DNA of 64,000 nucleotides from Candidatus Gastranaerophilales bacterium (GTDB lineage Bacteria; Cyanobacteriota; Vampirovibrionia; Gastranaerophilales; Gastranaerophilaceae): NCBI GenBank assembly GCA_944322675.1, contig CALUPO010000011.1, positions 1,752 to 65,751 of the forward strand, read 5' to 3'. Shown piece by piece: positions 58,901 to 64,000 of this stretch (position 1 is its first letter; each line of letters starts with the position of its first letter). The notes under the pieces were generated by a model. It saw only the letters and a program-made list of their open reading frames with translations, ran no database searches and was not told where the DNA came from. The position numbers and the translations under genes were made by a program.

Positions 58901-59920
58901 GCAAAAGTTGTAAATGGTGGTGATTTCAAGAATACAAACTATAGTTCAATAGATTTTACAAAATTAAGTGCAAAATCAATTGCTATGGGATATAGATTGA
59001 ATCAGGCAATTGATGCAACAAAAGATAAATTAGGTTTAAGCGATAGTGAAATTAAAGATTTACGTGATACTATAGGAAAACTTTCAAGTAGTGATGTAAA
59101 ACAATCTAATGAAGCATTTGGTGTTAAACCTATAAATGATGCAATAGGGGATGTAATTGAACAGTCTCAGGCTATGAAATCTAAAACAGTTGCAGAAAAA
59201 GCTCAAGTTGCTGATAAAATACTTGAGGAAATCATAAAACCGGCAGCAAGCAAGTATGTGCGTTTGTATAAAATGTTATCGACTTTGCCGGGTTGTACTA
59301 CAGACTATTTAGGAACTTCAATGGGGCTATCAGGTTGGGAAGCTACTTCTAAAAACCCTTATCAGCAATGTCGTGCTGCTATTCCTGAAAAGGATAAGCT
59401 TCCACAATGGTTGAAGGATTGTTTATTGGAACCAGTTGCTGAAATTCAAAATATGAAAAATAGTGAAAAATTAAGCCCATTAGTTGATGGTGATACTTAT
59501 GTATTGCCGTTTACGCAAAAAGATAGTGTAGATAAAAATATAAATGTCGCTAAAAGAGTTGGTGATGGAATAGATGTTAGACTCGCTTCTCTTCTACGCT
59601 ATAATCAGGAAGGTGATGTAATTATAAATGTTTATAATTTTGATGGAATTGATAATAAAAATAATACAGATGTGGTTCAAAATACTGATTTAGAACTTGA
59701 AGAACTTGTTGTTTATGATCCTAATGGCAGTCAAGATGCACGTCTTTCTCCTTTTAGATTTAAGGATGGTGCTACATTTAAAATTCAAGGTGATGATACA
59801 AATGAAGAATATATTATACAAAATAAAAGTGATGGACAATGTGTTATCAAGAAACAAGGTGGAGGCAATATAAAGTTAAGTCAAAAAGATATGAATACAA
59901 CAGTATTTTATATGGTATAA
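55988..59920 (+). CDS. very large alpha-amylase-family (GH13-like) protein, no signal peptide
   Basis: ATG at 55988, 7 nt after AAAGGAG. 'GLDWRLDAAKDV' (region II-like), 'YVVGEFTA' (region III Glu) and 'FAENHDKPR' (region IV). Confidence 0.75.
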   Translation: MKIESNQSFYTTKVNSKDKKYNQNTGLKFKNNISKDTVSFSGVRTIVGSDGHLIDKFYLPKNLKTSDLKLCMQKVARTLGLGKYKNARVYNVDREVKEYDIKSQDGKNPQLEIPTSRAERGYFFKIDGKKVLDPGRMCNAFNDKLLGINTTDAKVINVLGDFGEVTVNKAGNMVLIFPDSLTNKHDKKRNCVNQLGGKLENITKMVEEFQNAGYRRLVLTPTTSDPLSSHKYWAVNLYQTDKGLGTEKDYDEMISIANRNGINTVSDAAFGKTGIASYQFQDVLMRGKNSPYWNYYSINDLDNGLIDIGVLTEDTSNIGFKFINSPNRSDYDAKKDTYVQIFDKRLVTDKEATSNEIIMGYQNDNVPKDKQNDFIGSNRAIVPYYFPVNPNEIKGNKEKKFDINSLEFENYRISKSKYVGFDQWDGMQDLVKEKFYMDNMDNLNFNLTQGEYEKRQKGCWKVQDAEVLAGVYSTKRVANVINEDTAIILHDMGVMGKDASQILNMIKGESSAIKNMVKTAPNRIDKESIENSLNDKYLIKNVDFFSNADDYLTKELMSIPFETLDVSQSLLATLSSSAISKRASVENEVGKTRYEVMKGYNDGDYDVKPYENVQKEDLKSYKATDEMFTQILVPMAKDVLKSVETNDKKIFDGDKLTDVGRYAIKFMASDIFKFFMYKALNNDIKPEVDKKTGRLYYNLSFEQREGLSLRRLNSFNRTNPENDALNVVNALKKGLGNIKDSDKKELADILKKRFEKYDKTSLKLASMLIDKAETGLDWRLDAAKDVSSINLLRAHQETYDNVMDNVTRFWEKFDNAIYKQNPHAYVVGEFTAMGEFHPGYYKDNGYYADKNLKYPTDIIAESQIREDSNMTSAANFNFTYGLVGCFGLDSETGEANKEGKGEDPLGFLMGRFMPENWASCSGYLTSDDIRRINQSYTFAENHDKPRILSVFALDMQLLFSQFDNEEHKQMAAKVVNGGDFKNTNYSSIDFTKLSAKSIAMGYRLNQAIDATKDKLGLSDSEIKDLRDTIGKLSSSDVKQSNEAFGVKPINDAIGDVIEQSQAMKSKTVAEKAQVADKILEEIIKPAASKYVRLYKMLSTLPGCTTDYLGTSMGLSGWEATSKNPYQQCRAAIPEKDKLPQWLKDCLLEPVAEIQNMKNSEKLSPLVDGDTYVLPFTQKDSVDKNINVAKRVGDGIDVRLASLLRYNQEGDVIINVYNFDGIDNKNNTDVVQNTDLELEELVVYDPNGSQDARLSPFRFKDGATFKIQGDDTNEEYIIQNKSDGQCVIKKQGGGNIKLSQKDMNTTVFYMV

Positions 59921-59935
59921 ATATAACAATATAAT

Positions 59936-59977
59936 AAAAAAGAGTCTTTAAAATAAAAGTTAAAGACTCTTTTTTTT
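59936..59977. terminator. bidirectional Rho-independent terminator
   Basis: Stem agagtcttta/taaagactct with A5 and T7 flanks. Confidence 0.75.
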
Positions 59978-59999
59978 ATTATTTTCGGAGTAAAATTAT

Positions 60000-60287
60000 T
60001 TATTCCTTTAGTAAAGAAAAAGCAACAATGTTTTCATCAGTGATATTTAACCAGTCATACGATGGATAATCATTACATCCGCATTCATCACATGCACAAT
60101 TGTCTCCAAAATCACAATCATCAAAAGAATCACATATCATTGCATCTTGCAGTGTCAAAATATCTTTTTCTTTATTATCACCTTTATAAAGTGTTCCATA
60201 AACTTTAAAATTGTTTGTAAATATTATAATTTTATCAGCATCATTTGAGTCTTTAGCAAGTTTATATATTTTTTCGCATGTATTCAT
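60000..60287 (-). CDS. small Cys/Asp-rich hypothetical protein (95 aa)
   Basis: AAGGAG lies 9 nt before the ATG. Contains the cluster 'CDSFDDCDFGDNCACDECGCND'. Confidence 0.6.
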   Translation of the reverse strand: MNTCEKIYKLAKDSNDADKIIIFTNNFKVYGTLYKGDNKEKDILTLQDAMICDSFDDCDFGDNCACDECGCNDYPSYDWLNITDENIVAFSLLKE

Positions 60288-60412
60288 AAAATTGATCTCC
60301 TTATTTAATATCTACTTATTCTACCTAAAAAAGTATCCGATAAAAATAATTAGTTAACATTAACTACTTGTTTATATCCATTTGGACTAAAAAGTTATAA
60401 TTTTTCTGATAA

Positions 60413-60445
60413 TAAAAAAAAGCTATGAATATTAATTTTCATAGC
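60413..60445 (-). terminator. Rho-independent terminator (second of two after the secreted GH13 gene)
   Basis: 9-bp stem agctatgaa/ttcatagct preceded on the + strand by A8, which is the U-run on the minus transcript. Confidence 0.6.
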
Positions 60446-60519
60446 TAGTCAGATTAGGGATATGTGTGTATCGTTATTGAATATAATTATCAACCGATTA
60501 CTTGGATATAATAGCAACA

Positions 60520-60552
60520 ATTAAAAACTTCCACATCATACTTTATGTGGAA
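60520..60552 (-). terminator. Rho-independent terminator (first after the secreted GH13 gene)
   Basis: 8-bp stem ttccacat/atgtggaa. The minus strand continues GUUUUU. Confidence 0.55.
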
Positions 60553-60597
60553 TAAATTTTATATAAATACTTTAAATAGATTATTGAAAATGTTTAA

Positions 60598-62133
60598 TTA
60601 TAAATTTTCACCATAAACTTGTATTTCAGCCGGTTGTAAATCTAGAATTATTTTATTTTTTCCTAAAGCCTGGTTGCTATTTAAAGATTGAATAAGTTGT
60701 AAGTTGTCAAAATTTGTATAGACAATAATATTTTTTAATTGAATATCATAATTGTTATTGAATATAACAACAATTTTTTGCTTATTGTATGTTATTTCAT
60801 AGGCAAAAACATTTTTATTTGATGTTTTTAATATTGAAAATTTACCATTATTAATTATTTCTTGATTTTTTACACGGAAATCAAGTGCTTTTTTAAAAGC
60901 ATTAATTAAATAAATATCATTGTTTTTGGGCTTACGAGAAAAATTAAAAATGTCGAATTTACCTTCATGCACATAGGCAATTTCATTGTCAGTGAATGTT
61001 TGATTTATTTTTTTATTTGAAAATTTATAAATATAATTATCTGCTCCATATATTCCATCAACAAAATAAGGATTGATATTTAATGTTGCATTAAGCCACA
61101 TTGTTAAAATTGAGAAATTTTTTCCACCAATTAATATAGGACTCAATTCATCATGTGTTGAAAAACAACCGATTACTGATTTTTGATCATTAAATTTTTT
61201 AAAGAGTTTACGATTAAATGAGATTAGTTTTTCAAAATCAGAAACATTTTTAAAACTTTTCAAGTTAAAAAATGAGCCATAATAACCGTCAAATCCTGCT
61301 TTTAAAAGGTTATAATAGTTAGTAAAAGGTGCATAATCTGATGGTGGTTTATTCCAACTATCGGAAGCTTCAGCTAAGAATAAAAATTCATTATCCTTTG
61401 ATTTTGTATAATCAATTAAATTTTTCCAGAAAAGATAAGGTTTAATAGTTGCAACATCCGCCCGAATACCGTCCACATTTAATTCAAGCATCAAATCAAT
61501 AAATTTAATATGTTCTTTATATAGATCTTCAAATATTTTACCGTTTTTATCACGTGTTTTAAAAAGTCTTACATCAACCCAATCAAGAGGTGTCACGCTT
61601 AACAAATTTTGATCTTTTATAAAAAGGTTTGGATTTGTTAAAAAATAATCATAAGCTCCACAACTGGGCAGATCAACAATAACCCTTATGTTTCTTTTAT
61701 GACATTCTTCAATAAATTTTTTTGCTTCTTTTTTAATGGTATCTTGATCGTTTGAGTAACTTAATTGGGGGTTCAACTCACCAAAACTTAATAATGCATA
61801 TAAAGAACCTGCTGTTCCTAAGGACTTTATTTTACCTGTTTTTGTTATTGGTAAAACATGTAAAGTATTTATATTAAATTCTTTTAACTCATCCAGTCGA
61901 GATATTGCGTTAAGAAACGTGCCTTTTCTTTCATTTTCATCATCAAAATCTATAATATCATTATTGTTTGCATCATTTGCATTAAATGTACGCAGGTTAA
62001 TTTCATAGATTATTGCTTGATTATTTAAAAATAAAGTTCTTAAGTCATTTTTGTAATTTTGAGTTTCTTGTGAAAAAACACAAGGACTATTTAAAAATAA
62101 AACATATACAATTAAAATAAATATTCTTTTCAT
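60598..62133 (-). CDS. secreted alpha-amylase-family (GH13-like) glycoside hydrolase
   Basis: Signal peptide 'MKRIFILIVYVLFLNSPCVFSQ'. 'VDGIRADVA', 'FLFLAEASD' and 'CFSTHDE'. Confidence 0.8.
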   Translation of the reverse strand: MKRIFILIVYVLFLNSPCVFSQETQNYKNDLRTLFLNNQAIIYEINLRTFNANDANNNDIIDFDDENERKGTFLNAISRLDELKEFNINTLHVLPITKTGKIKSLGTAGSLYALLSFGELNPQLSYSNDQDTIKKEAKKFIEECHKRNIRVIVDLPSCGAYDYFLTNPNLFIKDQNLLSVTPLDWVDVRLFKTRDKNGKIFEDLYKEHIKFIDLMLELNVDGIRADVATIKPYLFWKNLIDYTKSKDNEFLFLAEASDSWNKPPSDYAPFTNYYNLLKAGFDGYYGSFFNLKSFKNVSDFEKLISFNRKLFKKFNDQKSVIGCFSTHDELSPILIGGKNFSILTMWLNATLNINPYFVDGIYGADNYIYKFSNKKINQTFTDNEIAYVHEGKFDIFNFSRKPKNNDIYLINAFKKALDFRVKNQEIINNGKFSILKTSNKNVFAYEITYNKQKIVVIFNNNYDIQLKNIIVYTNFDNLQLIQSLNSNQALGKNKIILDLQPAEIQVYGENL

Positions 62134-62235
62134 AACGTTTATTATAACATATATGTATGAAAAATTTGTAAATTTGTGGAAATTATTATAAATTTGTAAT
62201 ATAATTTAAAAAAGAATGGAATAGAGGATATTTAG

Positions 62236-62586
62236 ATGAGTAAACATATTGATACAACGCCAATTGAAGTATATATTTTAACTGCGGATTATGATATTAA
62301 AGGAACAGTTTATGTTGCAAAATATACAGATTCAAATAGAGAATTAACCGATTTGCTTAACGACAAAGAAAGACGTTTTTTAGCTGTCACAAATGCTGAA
62401 ATATTACCTCGAAACTCATCTCAAACGCCTAGACGGTATAATTTTTTAGAAGTTCATATGGATTATGTTCTTATGGTGCATCCAATATCTCAAGCTTTGT
62501 TTAAAGAACCTGCAAGGGATTTTACTGCTCAATTAAGTAAATTTAAAGAACTTAGAAATAAACTTAATCAAACAAAACCTTTTTAA
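62236..62586 (+). CDS. small hypothetical protein (116 aa), apparent paralog of 60000..60287
   Basis: ATG after AGAGGA. Shares the strand pattern 'IxVYILT..Y.IKGTVY ... FLAVTNAEIL ... NFLEVHMDYVLMVHPI' with the 95-aa protein. Confidence 0.55.
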   Translation: MSKHIDTTPIEVYILTADYDIKGTVYVAKYTDSNRELTDLLNDKERRFLAVTNAEILPRNSSQTPRRYNFLEVHMDYVLMVHPISQALFKEPARDFTAQLSKFKELRNKLNQTKPF

Positions 62587-62616
62587 AAAATATTAATTTA
62601 ATTATTTTATAAAGCT

Positions 62617-62657
62617 TAAAAATATCCTTTATATTTAAAATATAAAGGATATTTTTT
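62617..62657. terminator. bidirectional Rho-independent terminator
   Basis: 12-bp stem atatcctttata/tataaaggatat with A-run and T-run flanks. Confidence 0.75.
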
Positions 62658-62688
62658 GAATATATTTATGTCATTTTAGAACAAGATA

Positions 62689-63540
62689 TTAAGCTGTCAT
62701 TTTCTTGCTTTGCATAGCACCTGGAATTTGTTGCCAATTAGCAGCCATAATTTTTTTGAAAGATTTTAATGCTGTATCTTCTAATTCACCCAATTCTTCA
62801 GCTTCCATAATAAGCTGACGTAAAGGTAATAAAGCTCTTTGGTCGCGAAGAACACCTAAAGCAGCTGCAGCACCTGCACGAACTAAATCATTTTCGGATT
62901 TATTTTGCATAACTTCAATTAAAGCCGGAACAGATGATTTATCGCTTAATTTGCCTAAAGAGGTAACAGCATATATGCGGACATTTACCCATTCATCTTT
63001 CAACATTTCAATAATATAGGGAACGGCTTTTTTATTTCCTATTTCACCTAAAGCACGGGTAATATCACAACGAACGTTAATTTTTTCGTTATGTAAAGAT
63101 TCAATCAAAGCATCAGTTGCAATATCGCCGATTTCAATCAAAGCATCAGTTGCAGTAATACATACCTGTGGATTTTCATCATTTAAAGCAGTTACTAAAG
63201 GTTCAACAACTTCTTCACCGCCTAAACGACCTAAAGCACGGGCGGCACGCACACGTACGTCGACGTTTCTATCTTCACGAAGCGATTCAATTAAAGGTAA
63301 TGTTGCCTGACAATCGCCTAACTCACCCAATGCACGGGCAGCATATAAACGAACAGAACCATTTTTATCATTTTTCAATACATTAATTAAGGGTGCAACA
63401 GCATTTGTATCTCCCATTTCGCCTAACACACGTGCTGCATTATAGCGAACTTTTTCTGAATTGCTTGTTTGTAAATCTTCAAGTAATTCGACGAATGTTT
63501 TTTTTGATTGTTTTTTTCTTGAATTCACACTAATTGACAT
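62689..63540 (-). CDS. HEAT-repeat protein (PBS-lyase-type HEAT-like repeats)
   Basis: Repeated 'VR..AA.ALG.(L/I)GD..A(V/L)..LI..L.D' units. ATG at 63540, 5-9 nt after GGAGG; the longer track start lacks an SD. Confidence 0.85.
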   Translation of the reverse strand: MSISVNSRKKQSKKTFVELLEDLQTSNSEKVRYNAARVLGEMGDTNAVAPLINVLKNDKNGSVRLYAARALGELGDCQATLPLIESLREDRNVDVRVRAARALGRLGGEEVVEPLVTALNDENPQVCITATDALIEIGDIATDALIESLHNEKINVRCDITRALGEIGNKKAVPYIIEMLKDEWVNVRIYAVTSLGKLSDKSSVPALIEVMQNKSENDLVRAGAAAALGVLRDQRALLPLRQLIMEAEELGELEDTALKSFKKIMAANWQQIPGAMQSKKMTA

Positions 63541-64000
63541 GCTATTCCTCCAGCATTTTAAATAATTCACACTACACATTTATATAAAGTATTTTATTAA
63601 ATAAAAATTGCTAAATTTTTCAAGATTGTTAAGTTTCATTAATGATTGTTATCCCAACACTTTATTTAACTTACTTTTTTATTATAACATTTTTTTTGAC
63701 ATTTTCCTACTATATTAATATTAATTAACAAAAAGATTTGAATTGTTTTTATAATGTAAAGTATATTTTAATGTTATCAACATTAATTAAAATTTACAAA
63801 ACTTTACATTATTGCATTATTTTTTATTTTTGATATATAAAAAAGAAATACGTATGTAGTTTTATAAACTTAAAAAATATTATTCATTCTATTTGTTATT
63901 GATAGATTATATTTTTAATAAGAAATTTTTTGAAAGATTTAACTAAGTTTCATTAACAACAGTATTTGTTGGCACAGCTAAGCCAAGAGTAAACAAATGA

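Noticed and set aside
60446-60520. Possible small RNA between the two tandem terminators downstream of the secreted GH13 gene
   Set aside because: I found no convincing minus-strand promoter or stable structure in the ~75-nt spacer. Redundant tandem terminators are the simpler explanation.
63943-64000. Possible 3' end of a minus-strand CDS running off the right edge
   Set aside because: Two minus-strand frames stay open for only 15-18 codons before stops (63953 and 63943). That is too short to choose a frame or assign any function.

Overview
Strongly AT-rich, densely coding bacterial chromosomal segment using the standard code. I can support 46 CDS, with several starts moved from TTG/GTG ORF-track extensions to SD-preceded ATGs. 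I found no rRNA, tRNA, CRISPR array, transposase or integrase by eye. The backbone is housekeeping: cca, rsmE, trmL, nnrD, dprA, topA, adhE, alaS, panCB, yidC, membrane pyrophosphatase and uvrC. Interleaved with it are: (i) flagellar filament genes, a short flagellin with a sigma-28-type promoter and an unusually large FliD cap protein; (ii) c-di-GMP signalling, two HD-GYP proteins; (iii) a divergent two-partner-secretion locus whose 1942-aa TpsA exoprotein ends in a complete PilZ domain, the most unusual feature of the window; (iv) defence-like genes, namely a DUF4011-like/SF1 helicase/DUF559-type nuclease fusion with a small upstream ORF and a divergent HTH gene, a single-chain nuclease-methylase-TRD RM enzyme, and an REase-like fragment at the left edge; (v) a GC-rich island encoding a Gly/Ser/Cys-rich microcin-B17-like peptide with no modification enzymes nearby; (vi) two candidate structured non-coding RNAs with their own promoter and terminator signals; (vii) a GH13 glycan locus flanked by two small, apparently paralogous proteins. 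The gene content (diderm TPS/ShlB, flagella, PBS-lyase-type HEAT repeats, fermentative AdhE, very low GC) fits a non-photosynthetic cyanobacteria-related (Melainabacteria-like) lineage, but that is inference only.
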